DNA of 47,835 bases, taken from an uncultured Collinsella sp. Its GTDB lineage: Bacteria; Actinomycetota; Coriobacteriia; Coriobacteriales; Coriobacteriaceae. The stretch covers positions 1-47,835 of the forward strand of contig CABSNA010000001.1 of assembly GCA_902478865.1 (NCBI GenBank). Direction: 5' to 3'. The notes beneath the pieces were generated by a model. The model searched no databases and was not told the DNA's origin. It worked only from the letters and a program-made list of their open reading frames with translations. The position numbers were made by a program, and so were the translations under genes. Positions 18,156 through 26,885 of the stretch are shown in pieces; position 1 is the stretch's first letter, and each line of letters begins with the position of its first letter.

Positions 18156-21046
18156 CGCCGCCGCTCGTGGCGTGCGCGCCACAGTTGCAGATAGTGCCCG
18201 ATCTGCGCCGATTCGATGCGCTGGTAGGAGCTCGTGGGCAGCGACGTTAAGAACTTCTTTCCGTAGCCCTTCGTCACCAGGCGCGGGTCGGCCAGAATCA
18301 GCACGCCGCAATCGGTCGACGAGCGGATAAGGCGGCCGGCCGCCTGCTTGACCTCGAGCACCGCCTCGGGCAGCGAATAGCGCGCCCAAGCGCGGTCTTC
18401 GCGCAAGTTGCGCTCGCACGAGAGCGGGTCCGTGGGGCTCGAGAACGGCAGCTTGGGAATGATGACGCAGCGCAGCGTCTCGCCGCTGGCGTCGAATCCC
18501 TCCCAGAAGGCCTTAAGCGCAAAAAGCGACGAGGTCGGCTCGTTGATAAACCGGTCGCGCAGGCGACGAGGAGATGAGTTGCGCTGCTGGCAGTTGAGTT
18601 CCAGACCCGCACGGGCCATCTTGGGCTCAACGCGGGTGTACAGGTCTTCCATGTCGCGCCGATTGGTGAACAGCGTGAGCACCGATCCGCCCATGGCAAG
18701 ATGGGCGTCGACCAGCACGCGCTCGAGCGCCGTAAGATAGCTCTCACGATCGCGCGGATCGGGTATATCGCCCGCAACGACTACAGCCATGTTCGAATCA
18801 AAGTCGTAGCTCGAGTCCAAGTGCAGCGATGAGGATGTTGAAGCACCGATGCGATCGAGGCCGACCGCGTGGTTAAAGTGTTCAAAGCTTTTGGACACCG
18901 TCATGGTCGCCGAGGCAAAGATAGCCGTGTGAACCTCGGGCAGCCACTCGGTTGCCAAGGCCTCGCCAATGTCGATGCGCTCTGCGGTCATTGACTCTCC
19001 GCCGGCACGCAACCTGCGATTGACCTGCAGCGAATACACGTAGTGTTCATCGGTGCCGTCGATGATGAGTTTGAGGTTCTCGGCCAGCTCGTGCAGGCGG
19101 CGCGAAATATCACCCAGGTCGACAACAACCTCGGGCTTGTCGGCGGCGACGGCTTGCACCAGCGCGTCGACGCTCTTGTCAGCCTGTTCCAACGCGTCGA
19201 TGGCAACGCAGGCCGACTGTAAGAAATCATGCCAGTCGTCAGATTCGCGCAGTTCGGGGCCAATCCATAGATTGGCATTGTCATAACCCCCACGGGCACG
19301 GCGGCCGAGCTCGCGAACGCCATCGAACACGTCGGCGATTGCCATGCTCGCGCGCGCAACCGTCGACGTCGCCTTGGCAGTAAGGCCCAGATAGAGCGTA
19401 GAGCCCTCGGAGGTTGCCAAATCACGGGAAACCTGGCTTAGCGCGCCGGTGCTCGAGCCACCCAGACGCTCAAACAGAACGCGTGATTCGTCCGCCGATA
19501 CCACGCGCGCCCACTGACGGCGTGCCTCGCGCTCGATGGAATGGGCCTCGTCGATTACCCAATGACGAATCGGAGGCAAAATCCTGCCCTCGGCCGCGAC
19601 ATTGCGGAACAGCAGGGAATGGTTGGTGACCACCACATCGGCATGCGCCGCACGACGACGAGCGCCGTGGACCAAACATTTATCAGGGAAAAACGGGCAG
19701 AGGCGACGAGCACACTCGCGCGAGGCCGTCGTAAAGTCGGGGCGGTTGACGCTGCGCCACCGAATGCCAAGCGAGTCGAGGTCGCCATCGGCTGATTGGC
19801 AGACGTACGCCATAATGACCGCGACCGCCGTGAGCGTGTCCGCCGGATCGCGCTTGGTGGTAATCTCGACCTGGCCGCGGCTCATGCGCTCAAGCTTGCG
19901 CAGGCACGGATAGTGGTCATACCCCTTGAGAGCGCAAAATGACAGACCACCGTCCAGTTGCTCGGCAAGTTTTGGCAGCTCATGGTACATGAGCTGGTCT
20001 GCAAGATTGTTCGATTTGGTCGCAATACCAACCGTGATGTTGTTACGGCGTGCCGCCTCGGCAAAAGGCACCAGATAGGCCATCGATTTGCCGACGCCCG
20101 TGCCCGCCTCAATTACACGATGAGTGCCCGTGACCAGCGCATCGCGGACCTCGAGCGCCATCGCGATCTGCTCATCACGCGGCTCGTAGGTGGGATACAT
20201 GCGATTGACCAGGCCACCGGGCGCATAGTCTGCCTCAATCTCCTCACGACTCGGCATCTTGAGGACCGGCAGTTCGTCGGCGTCCACCCGATCGTCGGCG
20301 CGATCGGCCTTGAGAACGTCAGCACGAGCGGCGCTGAGAGAGAAAATAGAACCAGGGTTCTGCCCCGCCAAGAATGAGAAGATAGGACGATAGGACCAAG
20401 GCACAGCCGGATGCATGTCGGCTAGGCGCGCCATGAGGCCCTGGGGCAAGTCGGTGAGCGCCACGAGCAACACGCGCCATACGCCACACAGGGCGTCGAC
20501 GTCGGCATTGGCACGGTGTGATACCGAGTCACAGCCAAACAGATCGGCCATAAAAGACAGCTTGTGCGAGGCCAGGCGCGGAAGCGCGATTCGCGACAGC
20601 GCCAGCGAATCGATCCAAATATCGCTCACGTTGACGCCGCCTTTGACCGACTCGATAAACGAGCGGTCGAACGTGGCGTTATGTGCGATCACCGGGCAAC
20701 CACCGACAAAATCGGCGAGAGCGGCGACGGCCTCAACGGCCGACGGGGCATCTGCCACATCGGCATTTGTAATGCTCGTGAGCTCGGTAATCTCGGCGGG
20801 AATCAGCTGCTTGGGATGCACGAAGGTATCGAAACGGTCGACGATCTCGCGGCCCGAAAGACGGGCCGCCGAGATCTCAATCAGCTCATTGTCCTGCACC
20901 GAAAGACCTGTGGTCTCGGTATCGAGGACAATCACATCTTCCTCGATAAGGCCAAAGGACTGCGTTTTGGCGCGTTCGGCTAGCGTGGCATAGGAGTCGA
21001 TGACAAACTGCGGCGTTCCTGACGAAACCGCGTCCTCGATTAGCAT
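18152..21046 (-). CDS. dinG: DEDDh 3'-5' exonuclease fused to DinG-family Fe-S helicase
   Basis: Exonuclease motifs LDTETTG, HNATFD, HRANAD; helicase motifs EAGTGVGKS, DEAH, SAT, EGFD, QAAGRLIRS; four Cys (YPC..ECARRLC..DKC). Confidence 0.92.
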   Translation of the reverse strand: MLIEDAVSSGTPQFVIDSYATLAERAKTQSFGLIEEDVIVLDTETTGLSVQDNELIEISAARLSGREIVDRFDTFVHPKQLIPAEITELTSITNADVADAPSAVEAVAALADFVGGCPVIAHNATFDRSFIESVKGGVNVSDIWIDSLALSRIALPRLASHKLSFMADLFGCDSVSHRANADVDALCGVWRVLLVALTDLPQGLMARLADMHPAVPWSYRPIFSFLAGQNPGSIFSLSAARADVLKADRADDRVDADELPVLKMPSREEIEADYAPGGLVNRMYPTYEPRDEQIAMALEVRDALVTGTHRVIEAGTGVGKSMAYLVPFAEAARRNNITVGIATKSNNLADQLMYHELPKLAEQLDGGLSFCALKGYDHYPCLRKLERMSRGQVEITTKRDPADTLTAVAVIMAYVCQSADGDLDSLGIRWRSVNRPDFTTASRECARRLCPFFPDKCLVHGARRRAAHADVVVTNHSLLFRNVAAEGRILPPIRHWVIDEAHSIEREARRQWARVVSADESRVLFERLGGSSTGALSQVSRDLATSEGSTLYLGLTAKATSTVARASMAIADVFDGVRELGRRARGGYDNANLWIGPELRESDDWHDFLQSACVAIDALEQADKSVDALVQAVAADKPEVVVDLGDISRRLHELAENLKLIIDGTDEHYVYSLQVNRRLRAGGESMTAERIDIGEALATEWLPEVHTAIFASATMTVSKSFEHFNHAVGLDRIGASTSSSLHLDSSYDFDSNMAVVVAGDIPDPRDRESYLTALERVLVDAHLAMGGSVLTLFTNRRDMEDLYTRVEPKMARAGLELNCQQRNSSPRRLRDRFINEPTSSLFALKAFWEGFDASGETLRCVIIPKLPFSSPTDPLSCERNLREDRAWARYSLPEAVLEVKQAAGRLIRSSTDCGVLILADPRLVTKGYGKKFLTSLPTSSYQRIESAQIGHYLQLWRARHERRR

Positions 21047-22005
21047 GCAATGCCCGCTCGACGAAGGCCCATACGGATTAGGCTGTCACAGACCTGCGGG
21101 AACGTCATGTCGTCGGTGTGGCGGATCTCATCCGGATACAGCGACGTATCGGTCATGCCGGGAATGGTATTGGTCTCGAGGATGACGGGGCCGTCCTCAC
21201 TCACGATAAAGTCGCTGCGCGAGATACCCAGGCAACCGAGAGCCTTGTGAGCGGCACAGGCAAGCTCCTGAGCACGAGCGTAATTCTCGGGCGAAATCTG
21301 CGCCGGAATGCGATGGATGTCTGTAGGGTCGACATACTTCACGTCCAGATCGTAGAACTCGCAGTCCTTGGGCTTACGAATCTCGACAATCGGCAGAGCG
21401 CGCACGTCGTCCTCGCCGTATACGCCGACGGTGATCTCGGTACCCTCGATACACTTCTCGACCAGCACTTTGTCGCCGTACTCAAACGCCTTGGCGATTG
21501 CCGCGGGCAGCTCGGAGGGCTCATGGACCAGGGAAATGCCATAGCTGGAACCGTTGACGGCCGGCTTCACAAAGCAGCGCTCGCCACAAACCTCGACGAT
21601 ATGATCGATATCGACTTCATCGCCCACCTCGAGCGCAAGGCCGGGGGCAACAGGAATGCCCGCCTTGGCGTACAGGAGCTTAGAGACCTCCTTGTCGGCA
21701 CCGCAGGCGCTGGCAAGCACGCCCGAGGCCGTGTAGGGGATACCCAGGGTCTCCATGGCGCCCTGCATGGCGCCATCCTCGCCGCCGGCACCGTGCATGG
21801 CGATAAACGCCACGTCAAAGCCGCCGGTCGCCATGGTTACCATAAAATCATCGGCGGCCGTGTCGAGCAGCTCCACCGAAGTGTAGCCGGCCTCCTTCAA
21901 GGCAACCACGACGTTCTTTCCCGAATTGAGCGAGATCTCGCGCTCAGCGGAATGACCGCCCGCCAAGACCGCTACGTGCATGTTCTCTAGGCTTTTACCC
22001 GGCAT
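21040..22005 (-). CDS. ddl: D-alanine--D-alanine ligase
   Basis: GGHSAEREISL, HGAGGEDG, FVKP..GSS, EFYDLDVKY and LETNTIPGMT. Confidence 0.96.
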   Translation of the reverse strand: MPGKSLENMHVAVLAGGHSAEREISLNSGKNVVVALKEAGYTSVELLDTAADDFMVTMATGGFDVAFIAMHGAGGEDGAMQGAMETLGIPYTASGVLASACGADKEVSKLLYAKAGIPVAPGLALEVGDEVDIDHIVEVCGERCFVKPAVNGSSYGISLVHEPSELPAAIAKAFEYGDKVLVEKCIEGTEITVGVYGEDDVRALPIVEIRKPKDCEFYDLDVKYVDPTDIHRIPAQISPENYARAQELACAAHKALGCLGISRSDFIVSEDGPVILETNTIPGMTDTSLYPDEIRHTDDMTFPQVCDSLIRMGLRRAGIAC

Positions 22006-22090
22006 GGGCAGACTCCTCCTCTATAATTTCTGCAGCTGATACCATATTGTAGCGATACCCTCTACGTTTCCCCAAAATCGAAAGGCTTCC

Positions 22091-23143
22091 ATGAATCCCA
22101 GGACTAAATCTCAGGACATTCGCGACTTGAGCCAAAACGATATTCGCGAGCTCGTGGCCGAACTTGGCCAGCCCGCCTTCCGCGCGAAGCAGCTCATCGA
22201 ATGGGTCTTTGAGAAGAACGTTTGTTCGTTTGACGATATGACCAACCTTCCCAAGGCTTTCCGCGAGCAGCTTAAAGAGGCTTTTGCCTTTGACACGCCG
22301 ACTGAACTAACCAAGCAGGTTTCCAAAGATGGCTCTCGTAAGTATCTGCTCGAGTACCACGACGGCGTTTCCGTCGAGACTGTCGGTATGCCCCGTCGTA
22401 ACAAGCTTTCCGTCTGCGTTTCCACCCAGGCTGGCTGTGGCATGGGCTGCGCCTTTTGCGCTACCGGTCTCAACGGCCTCAAGCGCTCTCTGACCGCTCA
22501 AGAGATCGTCGACCAGGTACTTCATGTATCCAACGACTTTGGCGAGCGTGCCACGAGCGTCGTCTTCATGGGCCAGGGCGAGCCGTTTGCCAACTACGAC
22601 GAGGTTCTCAAGGCGCTGCGAATCCTCAACGACCCCGATGGCATCGGTATCGGCGCTCGTCACCTCACCGTCTCTACCAGCGGCGTTATTCCCGGTATTC
22701 GCAAATTTGCCGATATCCCCGAGCAGTTCACGCTTGCCGTTTCCCTGCATTCCGCCATCCAGTCGACGCGCAACAAGCTCATGCCCGGTGTTAAGAAGTA
22801 CACACTGCTTCGCCTTCACGAGGCGCTTCAACTCTACACCGAGAAGACTGGCCGCCGCCCGACCTATGAGTATGCCATGATCGAAGGCGTCAACGATACG
22901 AATCCCGAGATGCAGGCGCTCTGCGACTTCTGTGAGGGAACGCTGTGCCACGTTAACCTTATTCAGCTTAACGACATTGAGGGCAGCCCGCTCAAGCCGT
23001 CGCCGATTCATAAGGTTGAGGATCTTCAGCGTCGTCTTGAGTCCCGTGGCATCGAGACCACGATTCGTAACTCCCGTGGTAACGATATTGACGCCGCTTG
23101 CGGACAGCTGAAGCAGCGCTTCAAAGTTCAGAAGAACGCATAG
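22091..23143 (+). CDS. rlmN: 23S rRNA m2A2503/tRNA radical SAM methyltransferase
   Basis: CVSTQAGCGMGCAFCATG, FMGQGEP, SLH and DIDAACGQL. Confidence 0.97.
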   Translation: MNPRTKSQDIRDLSQNDIRELVAELGQPAFRAKQLIEWVFEKNVCSFDDMTNLPKAFREQLKEAFAFDTPTELTKQVSKDGSRKYLLEYHDGVSVETVGMPRRNKLSVCVSTQAGCGMGCAFCATGLNGLKRSLTAQEIVDQVLHVSNDFGERATSVVFMGQGEPFANYDEVLKALRILNDPDGIGIGARHLTVSTSGVIPGIRKFADIPEQFTLAVSLHSAIQSTRNKLMPGVKKYTLLRLHEALQLYTEKTGRRPTYEYAMIEGVNDTNPEMQALCDFCEGTLCHVNLIQLNDIEGSPLKPSPIHKVEDLQRRLESRGIETTIRNSRGNDIDAACGQLKQRFKVQKNA

Positions 23144-23161
23144 GGGAGTCGCACCCCAAAA

Positions 23162-23177
23162 CGTTTCATGTGAAACA
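23162..23177. other. parS site (near consensus)
   Basis: cgtttcatgtgaaaca, 2 mismatches to TGTTTCACGTGAAACA. Confidence 0.75.
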
Positions 23178-23180
23178 TCG

Positions 23181-23224
23181 AACGGCCCCGGTTGCAAGAG
23201 ATGCAACCGGGGCCGTTTCATTTA
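23181..23224 (+). terminator. Terminator after rlmN
   Basis: Perfect 16-bp stem aacggccccggttgca / tgcaaccggggccgtt followed by a T-rich tail. Confidence 0.85.
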
Positions 23225-23342
23225 TTGACCTTAATTTTGAATCAGCTGCTACCTGTCCCATTTTTTACGGCCAAAATAAGGGGTCCTTGCCTCGTGAATC
23301 AGACAAGAACCCCTCAAAATATGCTAAGTAATTGTTAGGTAC

Positions 23343-23597
23343 CTAATAGCCTACATTTTCCCATTGGGTGCTAACCCAACCTTGATTAATCTTGGGATTC
23401 TTCGTTACCTGAGCAGTGCGCATGGCAACATCTTCTGTCATAACATCCATTTTCTTCTTGGATGTATCGACAATATCTTGCGCGCTACGAAGCAAACGAC
23501 CTCGAAGCTCATCGTCTGTCGCGATCTTATAGCCAGCAAAGGCACCAACCGCGACAGTCGTCGCCAATGCAATCGCAGTTAAAATCCTATTCCTCAT
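23343..23597 (-). CDS. Small membrane-anchored hypothetical protein overlapping the parB stop
   Basis: ATG at 23597 after AAGGAGG; N-terminal hydrophobic helix; 84 aa. Confidence 0.75.
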   Translation of the reverse strand: MRNRILTAIALATTVAVGAFAGYKIATDDELRGRLLRSAQDIVDTSKKKMDVMTEDVAMRTAQVTKNPKINQGWVSTQWENVGY

Positions 23598-24492
23598 CTT
23601 GGCCTCCTTGATCAAACTGAATCATTTCGCCAAGAATACGAGAGAGCTCTTCCTCGTCTTTAAACTCAATCTCAATCTTATTCTTTCCTCGCGAGCTCTT
23701 CACACGCACGTTGGTATTAAAAACCTGACGAAGCACGCGGGCAGCCTTTTTAAAAGACTGAGGCGTTGCAGGCCTCGGAGTCTTAGGTGTCTCTCCGGCA
23801 GAAAACAACGGAGCAAGATTTTCTGTCGCTCTTACGGAAAGGCCCTCTGCAACAACCTTCTCAGCAAGTCGAATTCGAGCATCCTCATAGGGAACTGCAA
23901 GAATCGCACGTGCATGACCAGCAGTAAGTTTGCCCTCAAATATCATCTGCTGAACAACTTCGGGAAGATCAAGAAGGCGTAGCGAGTTTGTAATTGCAGA
24001 GCGTGACTTGCTTACAGCCTTTGACAATGCCTCCTGGGTCATACCGCTGGCATCGATGAGCTGGCGATAGCCCTTAGCCTCTTCGACAGGATTCAGATCA
24101 GAACGCTGAAGGTTTTCGATAAGTGCAAGAGCAAGCATCTCTTCATCATTAACATCTTTAATGATGACAGGCAGCTCCTCAAGACCAGCAAGCTTTGACG
24201 CTTGGTAACGACGCTCACCAGCGATGATCTCATAGCCGTTTCCATGCTTGCGAACCAAAAGCGGCTGCAAGACGCCATGTTCTTGGATTGACTCGCTCAA
24301 CTCACGAAGTTCAGTTTCGTTAAAGTGAATTCGCGGCTGATTAGGGTTGGGAACGATATCCTCAATAGGTAGTTTTATTTCAGATGCGGCATTCGAAGCC
24401 GACGCAGCCGAACCACCGGTCTCATACTCGGCCTCTGAGACCAAAGCATTGAGTCCACGTCCCAATCCGCCACGTTTCTTTACACTAGGCAC
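23587..24492 (-). CDS. parB: Chromosome partitioning protein ParB/Spo0J
   Basis: GLGRGL, PNPNQPR, GVLQP, GERRYQA and ENLQRSDL motifs plus HTH. Confidence 0.97.
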   Translation of the reverse strand: MPSVKKRGGLGRGLNALVSEAEYETGGSAASASNAASEIKLPIEDIVPNPNQPRIHFNETELRELSESIQEHGVLQPLLVRKHGNGYEIIAGERRYQASKLAGLEELPVIIKDVNDEEMLALALIENLQRSDLNPVEEAKGYRQLIDASGMTQEALSKAVSKSRSAITNSLRLLDLPEVVQQMIFEGKLTAGHARAILAVPYEDARIRLAEKVVAEGLSVRATENLAPLFSAGETPKTPRPATPQSFKKAARVLRQVFNTNVRVKSSRGKNKIEIEFKDEEELSRILGEMIQFDQGGQDEE

Positions 24493-25285
24493 GCTTGATC
24501 ACCTCTTTTGCAAGGTTCATATATGCTTTTGCACCCTTATTTTGAGGTGCATAGGTAATTACCGGTTCTCCAAAAGACGGAGCTTCAGAGATTTTAACCG
24601 TACGGGGGATCAACGTCTTAAACGCCTTATCACCAAAGTACGATTGAACCTCCTCAACAACCTGATTCGATAGAGAAGTACGCGAGTCATACATGGTCAT
24701 AAGCACACCGTAGGTGTCTAAGCCCTTGTTCAGACGAGATTTGACCATCTTCATTGACTCAAGCAGCTTCGTAACGCCCTCGAGTGCGTAATACTCGCAC
24801 TGGATCGGAATCAAAACGCTGTCTGCTGCGGTCAAAGCGTTGATAGTAAGCAGGCCGAGCGAAGGAGGGCAGTCAATGAATATAAAATCAAACTCGTCCT
24901 GAATCGGCTCAAGCAAATCTTTGAGACGGGTTTCACGAGCAATTGCGCTTACGAGTTCAATTTCCGCGCCTGCAAGCTGAATTGTAGCCGGAATTACGAA
25001 TACTTTTTTGCAATTTGTATCAAGAACAAGCGATTCTGCCGGCACATCATTCAACAATGCATCATAGATGCAGTGATCAAGGTCTTCTTTTTCAATTCCG
25101 AATCCACTGGTGCTGTTTCCTTGCGGATCAAAATCGACAATCAGTGTCTTACGACCCTGCTCACCCAGTGCTGCTGCAAGGTTTACAGCCGTCGTTGACT
25201 TACCGACGCCGCCTTTTTGATTGATGATTGCAATGATACGCGTGTCTTTTGCGCTCTTAGAACGCTTAACGTCGCGAAATCCCAC
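24485..25285 (-). CDS. parA: Chromosome partitioning ATPase ParA/Soj
   Basis: Deviant Walker A KGGVGKST, DPQGN, DCPPSLG and EAPSFG. Confidence 0.97.
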   Translation of the reverse strand: MGFRDVKRSKSAKDTRIIAIINQKGGVGKSTTAVNLAAALGEQGRKTLIVDFDPQGNSTSGFGIEKEDLDHCIYDALLNDVPAESLVLDTNCKKVFVIPATIQLAGAEIELVSAIARETRLKDLLEPIQDEFDFIFIDCPPSLGLLTINALTAADSVLIPIQCEYYALEGVTKLLESMKMVKSRLNKGLDTYGVLMTMYDSRTSLSNQVVEEVQSYFGDKAFKTLIPRTVKISEAPSFGEPVITYAPQNKGAKAYMNLAKEVIKRA

Positions 25286-25296
25286 GGTCCCTCCTG

Positions 25297-25334
25297 GTGT
25301 GTATTAAAGCTGTCAGTGTGTATTAAAGCTGTCA
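25297..25334. repeat. Perfect 19-bp tandem duplication upstream of the parA RBS
   Basis: gtgtgtattaaagctgtca at 25297-25315 and 25316-25334. Confidence 0.95.
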
Positions 25335-25343
25335 AACGGAGGA

Positions 25344-25437
25344 TGTTTCACGTGAAACATTCCGATTCGATATCAACCGCAATGTTTCACGTGAAACACT
25401 GCAAGTTGTTAGTATCCATTATGTTTCACGTGAAACA
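25344..25437. other. Cluster of three perfect parS palindromes
   Basis: TGTTTCACGTGAAACA at 25344, 25383 and 25422. Confidence 0.97.
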
Positions 25438-25438
25438 T

Positions 25439-26176
25439 CTAGGCAAGCGGATTCTTCTTTGCCATGCCATTTGCACGAGGCAATGAAACGGATGCTGGAT
25501 GACTCTTCTTAAGAACAATAAACTCCCTGTGGCCCAGGCCCTCAGGCAAATCGATAGCGTCATTCAGAAGCAAAGTGAAGCCGCAAATCTTAGCTGCTGA
25601 CATGCCGGAAGCAAGCTCCTCATCCGAAGGATTGCCCTTGGTGATAACAAATAGCCCTCCATCCTTCAGGTACGGAGCCGCATACTCAACAAGAATCGGT
25701 AGAGGGGCCAGTGCGCGGGCGGTTACAACGGAGAACTGCTTCTTATGGCTTCGAGCATATTCTTCAAGACGATCATGAACCGCATGAGCATGTTTCAATC
25801 CAAGAGCATGGACAAAGGAATTAACGGCATCAACCTTCTTGCCAACAGAGTCAATATAAGTAGCTTTACGATGCGTGGTTATGGTTAATGGAATACCAGG
25901 GAAGCCCGCACCTGTTCCCATATCGAGCAAAGCTCCCTCAGGAGCCTTATTGATATAGGGGAGCAAAACAAGTGAGTCGAGGATATGAAGTACGGCAGCA
26001 TCTTCTACGTTAAGAATACGGGTGAGATTGGTTGTCTTATTTGTTTCTAGAACCAAATCCAAATGCTGGATACATTTCCTCAGCTCAATATCAGTTACGC
26101 TCAAGGAATATTCTTTGCAATAGGAAGTTAGTCGACTCAACATCTCGTCAGCCTGCTGATCGGTAAGTACTAACAA
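25439..26176 (-). CDS. rsmG: 16S rRNA m7G527 methyltransferase
   Basis: NLTRI, HILDSL, LDMGTGAGFPGIPL and ARALA. TTG start at 26176 after AAGGAG. Confidence 0.95.
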   Translation of the reverse strand: MLVLTDQQADEMLSRLTSYCKEYSLSVTDIELRKCIQHLDLVLETNKTTNLTRILNVEDAAVLHILDSLVLLPYINKAPEGALLDMGTGAGFPGIPLTITTHRKATYIDSVGKKVDAVNSFVHALGLKHAHAVHDRLEEYARSHKKQFSVVTARALAPLPILVEYAAPYLKDGGLFVITKGNPSDEELASGMSAAKICGFTLLLNDAIDLPEGLGHREFIVLKKSHPASVSLPRANGMAKKNPLA

Positions 26177-26222
26177 CGAAAGCTCCTTTCTGACAAAAAT
26201 CAGTGTATCGAGAACTTTTGAC

Positions 26223-26251
26223 AAAAAAAGGGACGTGGAAACCACGTCCCC
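26223..26251 (-). terminator. Terminator after jag
   Basis: Stem gggacgtgg / ccacgtccc with an A7 run on + (U tract on -). Confidence 0.8.
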
Positions 26252-26271
26252 CTAGCATAAGCTCGAGTAGA

Positions 26272-26841
26272 TTATCGAGCAACAATCACCACATGGCGAT
26301 CAGGGTCAGAACCCTCAGAATGAGTATCGACTGCATCGTTGCCACGAAGTGCAATGTGAACCAGTCGGCGCTCGTAGGCATTCATGGGCGGAAGCGAAAC
26401 ACTCTTATGAGTGCGGATGGCACGCTCGGCAGCAGACTGAGCCATGGAGGCGACCTTATCCTGACGGCGACTCTTGTATCCCTCGACGTCCACTACAACC
26501 GGATACCTAAAGCCAAGCTTGCGGCTCACCAGCAAAGAGAACATAACCTGAAGAGCATCAAGAGTGCGACCATGACGGCCAATGAGAACAGCAAGGTCGG
26601 GAGCCGTTACATCCAAAATCAGCTCACCCTCGTCGCCCTCATACTCATCGATAGGAGAGTTGGCGGCATCGAAGTGCGAAAGGATGGAACGCAGGATGGA
26701 AATCGCAACATCTGCAATGGTGTCGAGCTCCTCATCGGTCAGCTCTTCACCAGCCTTGTAGCGCTGTGCAATCTCGGGATAATCGCCCGCGACCTGCGGG
26801 GCAACCTCCTCAAGCATATCCTCGATGATCTCTTCAGACAT
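26272..26841 (-). CDS. jag: Jag/KhpB RNA-binding protein (KH + R3H, short form)
   Basis: LIGRHGRTLDALQ (KH) and PMNAYERRLVH (R3H). ATG at 26841 after GGAG. Confidence 0.93.
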   Translation of the reverse strand: MSEEIIEDMLEEVAPQVAGDYPEIAQRYKAGEELTDEELDTIADVAISILRSILSHFDAANSPIDEYEGDEGELILDVTAPDLAVLIGRHGRTLDALQVMFSLLVSRKLGFRYPVVVDVEGYKSRRQDKVASMAQSAAERAIRTHKSVSLPPMNAYERRLVHIALRGNDAVDTHSEGSDPDRHVVIVAR

Positions 26842-26885
26842 AACGTACTCCAAAAGTTAGGTACCTAAATAAGATTGATATCCCA

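Noticed and set aside
16229..21046. DinG plus WYL genes as a type IV CRISPR or other defence locus
   Set aside because: No csf/cas genes or array. DinG is the housekeeping exonuclease-fused type coupled to ddl.
21040..22005. ddl as a Van-type D-Ala-D-Lac ligase
   Set aside because: The omega loop ends in KY as in D-Ala-D-Ala ligases, and no vanH/vanX genes are adjacent.
25343..25440. Regularly spaced palindromic repeats with unique spacers, resembling a mini-CRISPR
   Set aside because: The repeat is exactly the 16-bp parS consensus next to parAB, is too short for a CRISPR repeat, and there are no cas genes.
23230..26270. Visibly lower GC in parB-parA-rsmG as a sign of horizontal transfer
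   Set aside because: These are core origin-linked genes in canonical order with no mobility signatures. GC was judged by eye only.
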